DNA of 64,000 nt from Chrysomallon squamiferum (lineage: Eukaryota; Animalia; Mollusca): the NCBI GenBank assembly GCA_012295275.1, contig CM022679.1, positions 1,736,001-1,800,000 on the forward strand. The letters are read 5' to 3'. Below are positions 12,001-25,674 of this stretch, in pieces. Under the pieces are notes generated by a model. It was not told where the DNA came from. It saw only the letters and a program-made list of their open reading frames with translations, and did not search any database. Each line of letters starts with the position of its first letter. Within the stretch, counting starts at the first letter, position 1. Made by a program: the position numbers and the translations under genes.

Positions 12001-15000
12001 AGCATTTGCTACTTGGCGAGTGTCATCTGAGGAAAGAATGAATATTTCCTTCTCAGGGCTGCATCTTTTACAGAGTCTGGTTGTCCAACTAGAATGACTT
12101 ATTTCGCGAATTGATAAAAAATGTTGCCAAAGTACCATAAGTTTTATTAAGATACCTGGTGTATAAGAGGGTATCTGTTTTGTTTGAATAACACACTTTT
12201 CTGGGACTTTTGTAAATGTACTAACTGTACATGGATAAAGAAATGCCACTTCTTTATTTGCATCATTTACTGCGGATATTTCTCCAGAGGCCTCGAGAAT
12301 GATTACATCTGAAGTATATGTTGATGAATCATCTCTTGGAAGGAACAGAGGAAACAGAGATGAGCTGTGTTGCACGACCTTGGTAACGTATACCGTGGTA
12401 TCCCCAGCATGTGAACTTTGTCTTTCTTGATCATCAAAGCGGAGATAGGCTTTTAAAATGTCTTCATTTTCCACGCATAAATTTGCTTTGCAAAGTTTGT
12501 CTGTCTGATTACTTCGATATAATGGCATGTCTTCATTTGGAGCTATCTGCTGCGACCAGATAGTGTTTTCCTCAACAACAAATTCATTAGGACATTTAGT
12601 AATGTCTTGTGTTAGAATATTATTTACAGCAGCATCCATTAGTATCTGAAACGAACTTTCTTCATTTGCATGGATGTCTAGAATGACAGCTTTATCATAT
12701 ATTTTTTCTCTAATTACTGTTCTAAACAAACCCCAAAATGAAGTTGCCGCAATGTTCAAATCAGTCATTCTCTTTGTAACAGACATTGCATTTTCAGTAA
12801 CGATGAAAAGAGGAATGTTTGTATTTTTCATATTGCTCATGTGCAACATGAGTTGTTTCAGTTTCATTGTGTGTTTGGTAATTAGTTGAAGGAATGAGCC
12901 GCTTGTTAGATCATCTGAAGTTTGTAGTGGACACAAGAAAATTATGGCAGAAGCCGAATCTAAATATGCTGATTTGGTCTGAAGTGTGTTAAGAAAATCA
13001 GATTCTACAGTGTCTGTATCTAGATATTCTGAATAGAAGTTGTCAGATAATTTTGCCTTTTGATTTTGATCAGTTACAATTACCCATTTTCGTTTTGAAT
13101 TAGTTTGGACATCTGCTGTTTTGATTATTGCAGTAGGAATCCACTCCATTTCATACAGTAGTTCCTGTCCCTGTGAACCCAGAGCTTTTGTAATAAATCT
13201 GCCTATTTCTGCCAGAACGCTTCCATCAGGAGAAAGCAGCTTTATGTGAAATTGCTTGAAGATGTTGGTTTGTTTGATAATTTTTGTATACACTAGCATT
13301 TTGGGTTCAACACGTTTTCTGATCCTGAGGCCTTCTATTTGAACTGGGAGTGACTTCTGTTTCTCTGCATCTTTCTGGTGAAAAGCGCTTGTAGTCTGAA
13401 GCATTGCATCCAAAACTGCAGGATGCATTGTGGTTTCTTTCATTTCCTGTTTGATATCGGAATTCAAAATCAAGTTTGATAAGACTTCTGTGTCATTTCT
13501 ATCCGACACTTCTAATAGCTGAAGTACATTTCCAAATGTCATTCCAATAACCTGGAGATTTTCATAGATATCTTGTTTTGTTAGACGCTCTGTGCATCGC
13601 CGTTTCACATTCTGAATATCTACTGTAATGTCTGGATAAAGTCCTCTTTTCTCAATTGTTCCTTCTACAAATTTATTACCCTTTTTCTCAACTACAAACT
13701 GTATGGCTTCTTCAGAGATACTTTTATAAACTTCAAGCTCTTCAGTGCGTCCTGTCTGAAGAATCACAGGATGTTTGAATTTGACAGAGACGCTGGTTGT
13801 TTCAGTTTCTTTGAAATGATGTTTTGCAATAGCAAAGCCTGCTTCTGCGTAAAGAGCCCCAGGAATGAGAATTCTTCCTGAAAATCTGTGTTCGTAAACA
13901 CTGGGTATTGACTTGGGTGAGACTATTATCTTGTGCTCATGACTGCAGTCAATGGTCTTCAGAAAAGGATGTAAATTGTTATTGGGTTCCATGCCCATGA
14001 GTTCCTGTGTTTTCTCATCGGATATGTGAAGACATTTATTTCTAGAGAAAGTGTATTTGGGAGAAGCAGAGTTCTTCTGTGATTTGTCATAGAGTTTTTG
14101 CCAGTTCAGACTGAATCCATGTTCATAGAGTTTGCCAATACTCTCCATAAAGCAAATAAGTTCTGCATTTCTTTTCATAGAAGGAACAGACACAACATTT
14201 TCATCGGTAAACAAATCGGCAATGTTATTACCTAAAACTGGTTTTGGTCCTATTTCAACAAATATGTTGAACTTTTCCTTCTGTGTAGCATTTACAACAG
14301 CTTTGTCAAACAAAACTGGATTTCGAATGTTTTTGCCCCAGTAATCTGGCGTTGAAAAGTCATTTTCATTTGCTTTTTCTCCACTAACGGTAGATATAAT
14401 TTCTGTTATTGGCTTACATCCATGCATACCAGACAACGCTTCAAGGATTCTGTTCTTTGAATCTTCTGTGTGATGACTATGGAAAGCAGTGTTTAGTCTT
14501 AAGGTCTGAGAACTGATTCTGTCTTGAATATCTGGAGAAGACAATATATCTCTTTCAATCTTTTCAACAACATCTGTATCTCCACTGATTACACAAGATT
14601 TTGGACTATAAAACAATGCAATATTTGCTCTGCCATCATATTTGGGCAAGATCTTTTCAACATTTGATGCCAGATAGTTGCGTATTAACAACATTTTGCC
14701 TGTGCCAATATTTGCCAGGACTGAAGTTCGGTAAAATATGATTTTCACTGCCTCTTCTAATGACCAAATGCCTGCAGCGTGTGAAGCTGCTACCTCGCCA
14801 ATACTCTGACCTAAAACTGAATCTGGTTTGATTCCTAGGTGTTTCCAAAGTGCAGCGAGCGCCACCTGACATGCAAAAATGGAGATGGGACCAAACATCG
14901 GGTCACTGACATCGAAGTTCTCAAGAAATTTATCATAGAGTGACCAGGCTACATACGTTTTCAGATATTTATCAATTTCTTGAATTTTTTCTTTAAATAC

Positions 15001-15816
15001 TTGAAATTCAGTCATCAGTTCCTTGCACATACTCTGCCAAGCTATACCCATCCCTCCAAACACAAAAATCAATTTCTTACGTGGACGAAAACCTTCTGCA
15101 GCGTGAACTGACTTTAGTTTACCAATTAGTTCATCCAAAGAACTGGCAGTCACACTCCTCCGTGTCTGAAAGTGATCACGTCTCACTGTTGATGTGTATG
15201 AAATACTTTTGATATCTGTTTCTGTGTGTGTCTCACAGAATTTTATGAATTCCTGTATGCTATCTTGAAGTGCATTTTCATCTTGGCCAGAAAAACAAAA
15301 CAACAACGGAACTTTTGAGTTTGTTTCTCCCTTATTTTCTGTGATTTCTCTGTGGGTAGAAATAACAGCATGACAGTTAGTTCCACCGAAAGCAAAGGAG
15401 TTGACACAAGCAACTTTACTTTCTTTATCCCAGTTGGTAAGCTTGGTTGGTATTTCAAAATGGAATTTGTGAAAGTCAATTCTTGGATTTTGTTCTCCTG
15501 TTAAAAGTGATTCAACAATCTTGTTATTCTTCATCATAAGCAAAACCTTGATCATTCCAGCAATACCAGCAGCAGATTCCAGATGGCCAATGTTTGTTTT
15601 CACTGATCCTATGTATCTTATTTTGTTATCAGCTTTCTCGAGAAAAAACCGACCCAAACTGTTCACTTCTACAGGATCTCCAGCTACTGTTCCAGTTCCT
15701 GAAATGTACATTATTTGTTTAATTTTTAGCTGGTATTTGGAATAAAATGCTCCAGATACCAAAAAATAACTGAATACACTAAACACATTTGATATTTTTG
15801 ATAAATAATATAATAT

Positions 15817-15887
<71 letters not shown>

Positions 15888-16278
15888 TTTTATTCGGATG
15901 TTATATTGGTGGTATTCCTTTCAAGACAATTTTTTGAGATTGTATTTGATTACCGTGGGCTTCAATGTAGTCTATTTGCTCAGCATCAATTCCTGCCTCT
16001 TCATAAACTGTTTTCAGAAGCTGATATTGTTGTTCACCAGAAGGTGCAGTCATTGGACTGGCTGCCCGACCATCTTGATTTGTTCCTGTTACAATTGTTG
16101 CCCAGATGTTATCTCCATCTCTAAGTGCCTGTTGGATTAATATAGTAAATTTGTATTTATTTATTTATTTATTTATTTATTATTATTTTAAGAATTACAA
16201 AGGCAAATGGAAGGTTTAAGGACCATAATTTGTGAAACTGTTGCTTATTTTTTTTTCATTCTTCTTGCATTTCTTCTT

Positions 16279-16309
<31 letters not shown>

Positions 16310-18485
16310 TTATTATTATTAGTAGTAGTAGTAGTAGTAGTAGTAGTTGTAGTAGTAGAAGTAGTACTAGTAGTAGTAGTAGTAGTAGTATTTCTGAATA
16401 GACAGAATTAAAAGGGAAAAAGTGAGTTTATAAATCTTACATCAGATAACTTTTTAAGCAGCACAATTCCACATCCTTCTCCTCTGGCATATCCATCAGC
16501 ATTTGCTGAGAATGCCTGGCATTGTCCGGTTCGTGAAACCATTCTTGCTTTGCTCAGTTGTATAAAGATGGAGGGTGTCAACAACGAATTTACTCCTCCA
16601 CATATTGCCATGTGACATTCGCCTGAAGCAAATACAGAGAATATGATTTTTTATCTAGACAAAAATACTTATATCACATTAATATTGTTGTTGAGACGAC
16701 TTTTTAATCTGTTTAAGAGAAAATGCATTTAACTTGGAAATGCTATAAAACTGTAAGTTAAAATAATCTGATATTTTTTAAAGTCCGTTTTATTGAGACG
16801 AATAAAGAATACTTAATGAAGAGTAACGAACCTGACTTAAGTGATTGACACCCGAGATGGACAGCCACTAACGATGAAGAACACGCTGTGTTCAGTGAGA
16901 GACATGGTCCACGTAGATCAAAAGTGTAACTAATACGCGCTGACATGATGCTGGTGGAACCGCCTGTTACACTGTAGTGATTCGTATCATTTCTGGATGT
17001 CAGTCTGCTGTAGTCATCATTCATTACACCTAAATCATCAGAAACTTGATATTTTACCAATTTCAAAGTAGAAGTAACGAAAGGTTTCAGTGAAGGATCA
17101 GCTGCACTTCAGATAAAAACATTTTCGATAATTTAAATTCGCTAATGATAATTTTTTTTTCCATATATCATACTGGGTATATATGTGAAGAAAATGAATG
17201 CTATCTCTAGAATAAATAATAAAAAGGAAACAGAAAATGAAATAAAAGTGAATTTTAGTTTTCTTTTTAATATACAGTTGGTTTAGTACCAATGAACACT
17301 CCAGTCTTTGATCTCTGTATACTTTTCTTTGTGAATCCACCGTCTTGTAAAGCCATAAACACACACTCAAGTATGTATTTTTGTTGTGGATCCATTCTTT
17401 GTGCCTCCTTTTCGTTGATTTCAAATAATTTGTAATCAAATTCATCAAAACTGTAATATACAATACATTGACATTATCATGTAGCAAAACTAGATCACAT
17501 GCTGAAGATAGAAAAATATGTAATATCTGTAATATATTTTATATCCCGTTTTAAAATGCAGTTCTAGATAAAATGAGCAAAAACAAAAATAAACTGCATG
17601 CTTCAAAGTGACATTAATATTTTTAACTGCCTTTTTGTAACCACAAATGTTTTTTTTATTTTTTATTAAGGTATGAGAATAAAAGAGGTGTATTAAGATT
17701 TTAACTCTTTCTTCTTTAACTAAATGAATTAGCAGACATATTAAACAACAATTTACTCATTTTTCTTTCTTTTATTATTATTATACTGTTAATAAACGTG
17801 GTTTATCATTTATCTCCCGAAAGATGTGACCCTGGTATGTGGCATATTAATTATTTCTCTCATTTTTATTATTAGCGTTTAATTACAAGAATCTAAATCG
17901 GAACAATTTATTTGTTCAAATCCCCAGTTTGCTGTTTAATACTCAAGTGTCAGAAAAAGAATTAACAACATATACCAGTTTGTCATGTAGGCCATACCAT
18001 AACAAATCCATAGGTTAAAGTATGAAATACTGCCTTTCAAATGTCTTTTTTTTTTTTTTTTAATTCTAATGCTTTGTTATTAACAATGACTGAAACCAAT
18101 AAAACTGTTTTAGTTAATACAAGCAGTAGGCAAAACAACTATAATTTTACCTATATTCAGTTCAGACTAATGTCTATAGTACTCACTTTCTTGATTATAA
18201 AATAGGTATTATTAATTGCTGTATTTATTATATTTATCAAACAGAAGGAAAGAAAACTAAACGGAAATGTTACTTTGATAGAAATCCTGCTTTTCTAGGG
18301 TACATCTTTCCAGGCGCATCTGCATCTTCGTCGTAGTACGCTTCTAGATTCCAGCGTTCAGATGGAATTTCAGTAACATGATTTTCTCCTTTTACTAAAA
18401 TCTGCCAGAACTCATCGATGTTGTTTGCACCAGGAAAACGACATCCTACACCTACAATGGCTATTCCTCCACTTTCTCCTTCCAT
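9006..18485 (-). CDS. Animal type I iterative polyketide synthase, copy A: KS-AT-DH-pseudoKR-degenerate ER-KR-ACP-C (condensation-like); one +1 frameshift in the assembly
   Basis: Coding exons with GT/AG ends and consistent phases: 18485-18274, 17450-17290, 17029-16832, 16622-16441, 16128-15954, 15698-9006 (sum 7621 nt = 2540 codons + 1). Motifs: KS IAIVGVGCRFPG, MDPQQ, NTACSSS, EAHGTGT, KTNIGHLE; AT GQSIG and TAFHS; DH HRFSGRILIPG and HPAVLDAMLQ; KR GGLTGLG, VLDD, GQSNYGAAN; ACP LGLDSM (Ser 10548-10550); C-domain RHEVLRTTF. Reading frame shifts between about 11695 and 11630. Confidence 0.93.
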
Positions 18486-18744
18486 CGCTGAAAATCACAA
18501 GTACGTAAATAAATAACCAGTAAATTAAACTAATGAATTATTAACGTTCACTGAAAATGTCACTAAACATTTTTTTAATTCCACATTAATTAAAATAAGC
18601 AACACGTATTCATATAACTGCTTGTTAACTATAACGTAATATGTGGACAGTTAACAAATGTTTCACAAATAATTAAAAAAATAAATAAATAAAACGTGTG
18701 AAGAATATCTTTAAATCTGCATTATTATTATTGTTGTTGTCATG

Positions 18745-18799
<55 letters not shown>

Positions 18800-19558
18800 T
18801 TGCTTATGGTAATATTAAGTTACTGGACTAAATATCCCTCAATATTATTGGAAATTGGAAAACATATCCGATTTACAAGCTCGTTAAAGTGTATAGGTGT
18901 TTGTACGAAAATATTGTCTAAACTTATTGTTTGTACTTCCAAATTATTATTTTATTGTTCTGAGTAATCTATTTTTTTTTTTTCTATCAAGGTAAGACAC
19001 TCAATTAGAACATTTACAAAACATTTGAAAGTGGCCATTTTGGACTAAGAAACAGAGTAAGACGAGCCTTTAGAACAGCCTGTACAGGTGTTCCCTGTTT
19101 CCAGATGAAAGAGTTTAAATTGTATTCGTTTGTTGTTGTACTTTCTTAATAATTAAATAATAAAACATAACTTGGAAGTATTCGGAATATATTTAGATTA
19201 TTTCTTTGACTCGCAAAGGTAAACTTTAACTACATATTTATGTGTTTTCTTTTCAGAGTTTTGGTTTATTATTGTGAAACTAGATCATGTAACGAAAATA
19301 GAACCACATGGGTTTTATTGTTTTCTCATTATTCGTATTAAAATAGTATTTGCTTTACAGAAACATGCGGTTACTTTTATTAAATTTTTCTATGAACTAT
19401 GTCTATAAATGTTATTAATTGATCATTTAAGTATTATTGTTTGATACATCAAGAAATATTTATATGTTATAATAATTCTGATAATAATGCAAAAACCATT
19501 ATTTTATATCTTCATTATATTTTCACCATATGCTGAAATTTAATTGTACTGTACTTGA

Positions 19559-19634
<76 letters not shown>

Positions 19635-20169
19635 TTGTTATTTATAAATTATTATCATTATTATTATTATTATTAAGTTTTTTTTCTGTGTACTGATACC
19701 GTAAGGCTTAGTTCTGAGAAATGTTATGAGAAAGGAAGGTATTTTGAATATATAAACACAGATGAAACATAAAATAAACACGTTATTCGTTATAAATATA
19801 AATCAACCAAGTTCTTTTCTCTGATTGGATGCTCCCCCAATTGGATGTCCGGTACTACTGCCCCTTCGCCCCCTGCACATAACTTAGTTCAATTTTGATC
19901 GGACCGTTACTACATAAAATAGGAAAGTTTAGGACTACTTCATTTAGGGGCGTCTTCCAGTAATATTCCGGGTTGAACCAAGAACTTCGAGATAAGTTTA
20001 TACTGAAGTGGACGAGTATTTATTTTTAATTATTTTCTGTTTATTATTATTATTATTATTATTTTATTCCTTAATGTTAAGTCTTTAGTAAAGAGTTAAC
20101 TAAAAACTTAAACTGAGTCGAAAGGAAAATCATAATAATAATAAAATAATACAGATTATTCATAATACC

Positions 20170-21060
20170 TAATAATCCCATTTAATGCCAGGAAAATACA
20201 GCTAGTTGCGTGGTTAGCGGTAAATGGCTGGAGTGGGGTACAGTGGCCAAAGGGAATTAACTCTAGTTGACTGGCCTATACAATACAAGGTCAACGAAAT
20301 AAATCACATAGCTTTACGATAGGAGCAGCAACATAAGCTGCAGCTATAGGTGTACCAGAGGATACAATTAAACAGTGGGGCAGGTGGAGATCGGGGGCCT
20401 ACAGTAGGTATATTTTGCTGTCAAAAGAATGAACAGCGCAGTGAAATCACTTGTCCTTGGTGAGGTTAGAGCAGTCACTGGGCACCCGCAGTGGGAGTGG
20501 GAGATCTCGAGTTGTTCAGGACTGATGTCACACAAGGGAAAATGCATTGTATCTGGAAGGAATGCGGAATGCAGTGGAAGTGTTACTTTTGGGCGGAGGC
20601 AAAGTGTTTCCATGAGGTAAGTGGAAGGATGTAATGATTCCGGTGGCCCAGGGTCAGGTTCCACCTACAGAACTGTAAGGGTACATGCTGTTATCGGAGT
20701 CGAAGGCAAGTTGTTCATCCCACCTACAAATCTGCCGAGGGGGCAGGTTTAATTAGCGCAATTACAGATTGGGAACCTTGGTTCTTGCTCACTCTCTGTA
20801 CAAGAGCCACGTACTCTATATGAGGGCAGTCAGCATCTCTTCAGGGGTCCTGGGTTATTAGTTTTAGTCAGCTGCGGCCAGGGTTTATTCAAAAAATTAA
20901 AGGGTTAGGGAATCTTCATGCAGATGTAAATAATCATATATTATGAAAGGTTTCCCTTGTATATGGATGTCTAAATAAATGGAAAAATGTTAACAATGAA
21001 AACTGTAAATAAATATATGTATAATGTTATCATTTGTGGTGTTTTCTTTATCTGCGGATT
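20170..21060 (+). mobile_element. Ngaro/DIRS-like tyrosine-recombinase retrotransposon relic in PKS-A intron 1
   Basis: About 20300-20415 translates to KSHSFTIGAAT*AAAIGVPEDTIKQWGRWRSGAYSRYI, the HSFRIGAAT...GRWxSxAYxxYI C-terminus of DIRS-group recombinases. 20430-20940 is homologous to the reverse complement of 57000-57660. Confidence 0.8.
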
Positions 21061-21233
21061 AGCAACGCTTTAAATATGCTATACTAATGATTCATTCACG
21101 GTTGCAGACAATGATGGTAACCCGTCGTTTTTCGGATAATTTCTGATATATAAAGTCTTTATTAAACTTGTGAGACGACGATTATCATTTTCTATTTTGT
21201 TTAGGTTACTTCAAAGACACAAAAAGTTAAAAC

Positions 21234-21275
<42 letters not shown>

Positions 21276-21276
21276 T

Positions 21277-21308
<32 letters not shown>

Positions 21309-21863
21309 ATGTTTTGTTTTTTTAAAAAGAAGAAGAGGAAAATAAAGAAAACAAAAATTCGATCATAGTGAATTTTTAAAATGATATAACAAATAATATT
21401 TTTGTGAAATATATACATAAATTGTTTCCTCTAAATATTACTTAGATTTACAACAACGCAACACAAACGAAATCAACCAAATGAGTGAATGTTAAGTATA
21501 AAATAATGTTTCGTCAAATGGTTACAGGAAATTATGCTGCTTTGCTGATCACATATTGTCTGAGGATAAACTCCCTTACAATAGACAGTTCACTCAGAGA
21601 GGTACATTATATTTCTTGAAATTAAAAAGATAATAATATTAAGAAACAAATAGTAAAAGAAAAGAAAAATCGATGTTTTATACAAATTTTCTATAAAGAA
21701 AAAAAAAAGGGATATTCAAGTAATGATATAAAGCAACAAGACACAACTAAATTCAAGTAATATAATGACTCACAACATATTAACAGTATTGAATTAATTT
21801 TTTAATTTATAGTAGTGAAAGAAATTAAGTTATACCATGGATAATAATACAAAATGCACTTAC

Positions 21864-21993
21864 TCGAAACTATTTAAACGTTTCCCTTGTTAAGTTAACG
21901 AATATCATAACCGCACACAAAAACACAGCTGTCCGTCGTGTTTAATTGAGCTATCTTATGATATCGGTGATTTCAGTTCTCATTCCTCATTGG
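21864..21993 (-). promoter_or_regulatory. Predicted promoter and non-coding exon 1 of PKS-A
   Basis: The ATG exon is preceded by a splice acceptor (TTTTCAG|CGATG, AG at 18489-18488), so an upstream exon is expected. The minus strand shows CCAAT (21993-21989), an AT-rich box CAATTAAA (21948-21941) and a consensus donor GTAAGT (21863-21858). The same arrangement is conserved upstream of copy B. Confidence 0.6.
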
Positions 21994-23266
21994 TTTAAAT
22001 TTAGATACACAGTTTCCGAGGAAAACCAGCTTAACGGGAATTTTATTTTTGTTTCTTTCTTTCGGCTGCTGTTAATTCGAGCGTGAATGTTGTAATGGCT
22101 CGCTTTATTCGAATGAACTTTAGAAATTAATTTAAGATACCTGTAGTGTAGATACAATTTTAGAAAAGTAGTACTGTGAATATTTGTTATCCGTGCAAAT
22201 TGTGACTATATTAACACAAGCAAATGATAGTACCCTGGTTATTTAGAATGTTGTTTGTAATTTTAGTTTAGGATCATTTATAATATTTTAGATCGGGTTG
22301 TTTTGTGAAGGAAAAGAGTAAAATAATACAAACTGTGAATGAACCAAGTGATTACTCACATCAAAATCTGTTTTGACCACTTTGTTCAGATATTTCTCAT
22401 CAGTGATATTAACAGTGCTGCCAGATGTTGCCAAAATAAGACACCGATAGCCTATCAACAACAGCCATTTTCCAAAATGTTTGTTAGGTTTTTTATTTGA
22501 TGTACAATTACACTGAAATGTTTGTGTCTGCTGGAACATTGCTTAATGTATAAATTGAGAAATTATGTCCAAAATAGCTTCCATAGAAATCTACCACTGC
22601 AAGTATCTCGAATATTAATCGTTACAGAAACAGAATGCATTTTGCTGTTTTCATAGTTTTCCCAACATTTATAACTAACAAATAACTAAAATACGAGCAG
22701 TCCTCTACTAAAAGCATTTCTCTTCCTGTATAAACTGATAAATGGAATTGAAAATAACCGCATTTTATAGTAAATAAAAAATAAAAATGATCTCTGTATT
22801 ACAATTCGTTAGAATAATTAGTCTACGAACCAATGACACATGCTCAGTCAGTCTTTGTGCTGCTAATTTGGAACTGAATACCAGAGTGTCATTTTTATAA
22901 CTGACAATATTTCGAGCATAATAAGAACAATAACAAAATCCATTGTCTTGCAAATGTCGAAAACAGTTTGGATATATATATATATATCAGACAGTAATCA
23001 CTTTCACTGCCGTCTAAAATAAAGTCTGATAGTTTATAGTTTAGAGACCAAAAAATTGCTTAAAAATTGTTTTTCTTGTAAATGAATATGTAAGTTAATT
23101 GTTTATTTAGTAATAATAATAATAAATTAGTGCAAAGAATTGGAGGTGAAGTTGTTAGCTCTTTCTCTCTTTCAGTGTGTGTGTACAAATCCGGCTCTAA
23201 CTAATTTTCCATTGGTAAATATTATATAGCAGATAAAAAGGGCTGTTTATATTAATTCCTTTAATT

Positions 23267-23384
<118 letters not shown>

Positions 23385-24185
23385 TTCATGCGAGTGAGGA
23401 AGTATTCTCGCCATTAGCCAGTTTTTATCAAGCTTAAGAGAAATTATGTATCATATAATGTCTATGTAAAACCGAAAGGAAAAGATAAGAACAACAACAA
23501 CAAAAAATAATAATAATAATAAACAAAAAGTAAAAAAGAAAGAAAGAGTGAATAAATAAATGACAGAAATAAAAATTAATTTGATATTTTATTATTATTA
23601 TTAATATTATTATTATTATTATTATTATTATGTGCGGTTTAAAGAAGTCAGTATGTATGGGACAATCAAAGCAATATAGATTATTAAAATTCAGATACTG
23701 TACGAGTGGTTTCTTTTAAATTATACTTGTAAAAAAGCTTTTAATACATTTTAAACTCTGAATTTACAAGTGGGCTACAATTCAGTATCCAGGACATGGG
23801 CGCGACGTATTTTCATTCGATAGGGAAAGAAACAAAAAATAAACCAACAACCAGACAAACAACAAAAAAAAATGTTCATAACTCTTCTTCTTTTTTCACA
23901 AAACTGTTTTAGAATGATGGTAAACGAATATGTAAATCAGAAATCAAAACAGATTTAACCTTAATTGGAATTTTCCACCCGTTTTCGGGGAATATTTAAT
24001 TCAACAATATTCGAATTTAACGCGGAAGAATGTTTTTCTCAAAAGATGTACTGGTAAAGTTTAAAAATTGTTTGCGAAAATCAAAGGGGAATTACCTCGG
24101 TATTTTCTTTTCTTAAAAAATAGTAAAAAGTCGTTTTACAGCGTATGGGCTTGGTTTGTATTCAAAGCAAAACAATTTGGATACT

Positions 24186-24382
<197 letters not shown>

Positions 24383-24953
24383 CGGAGATTCTGAGGAATT
24401 ATATTAAAAATAGGACAATTACTAACTAACCAGTCAACTATGGAAATGCAATATTGTAATTAGTGTATCACGAAAATATTTTATTTAATTTGACCATGTA
24501 ATTAATAATGGCTTCAGTATTAATTCCTTTTTTGCATAAAAGATAAGAAAAAATATATTCAACTTATATTTAAGTTATTCTGCAAATTCGGCGCTGCACA
24601 ACTTTGTCAAAAGGCGTCTAGTCCTTGCATGTTGTTAATAAATTATACTGGATGTGCACACAACTTTTTGTCAATGATTCAAATTTCTATTCATAGACGT
24701 TGACACTTCGTTTACTTCAGTGCCTAGATCATACTTCCTTGTGTATGTGTGTTTATTCGTGCATAATATTTTCTTTGTTGACGTTTCCTGGAAAAATGTT
24801 TAGAGAGATTTTAAGTGTTTACTTTGCTCTTAAGTGACGAATAATATCTACAAATACAGTAAATCTATTCTCTAACTCACGTCCACACAGACAAATAGAT
24901 CCAAATTTGTTTTGAAATTTGTTTCGATGGTTTATACACTATTACACTTTCTT

Positions 24954-24984
<31 letters not shown>

Positions 24985-25074
24985 AATAAATAACTAAATA
25001 AATAAATAAAGCTTTGAAAAATAGACAAATCAATGATAAAACTACTACTACTAATAATAATAATAATAATAACA

Positions 25075-25146
<72 letters not shown>

Positions 25147-25674
25147 AATACAGAATGAGAGCACAAGAAACATAGCAGGTCTGACACAATTTTATTTTTA
25201 TATTTAATTTTAAAAATTATTATTTTTGTAATTAACGCACTCCTCATTTAATAACCGAGTTACCTTTCGGCGACTAGGTCGGTAAGCGGACTCGAGAAGC
25301 GAGAAGCAGTGACATGTTTCAAACACTGCAGTACTGGCAGGACTTTTCTGCAAACCAGTTTTAATTGTTTTGATTTTACCTTTGCTCCTTTTATAACATT
25401 TTTAGTATATTTTTAATTAATTATACAGTATGCTGTATATACTGTAATAAACAAAGTAGATGAAAACAACTCTAATAATATACATTTGATTCGGTTTGAA
25501 TAAAGAAATGGTTTAAAGGAAATTCTAGCTTGATTATTTTGATTTAGTTTGCACAACTGTTGCGTATCAAAGAACATACAAATAGAATCAGCGACAGTGG
25601 CAAGCAAAATGGATCAGGTTAACAACCACTGTTTTCTTCAACTGCCTGCTCCACGTCACGTCACAACAAGTCTA

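Noticed and set aside
15699-15786. N-terminus MFSVFSYFLVSG... of the 1386-aa ORF
   Set aside because: Intronic read-through; the exon starts at the acceptor at 15698, joining EAHG to TGT.
9006-18485. Bacterial contamination or fatty acid synthase (FASN) identity for the PKS
   Set aside because: Spliceosomal introns with host microsatellites argue against contamination; no TE, no intact ER and a C-terminal condensation-like domain argue against FASN.
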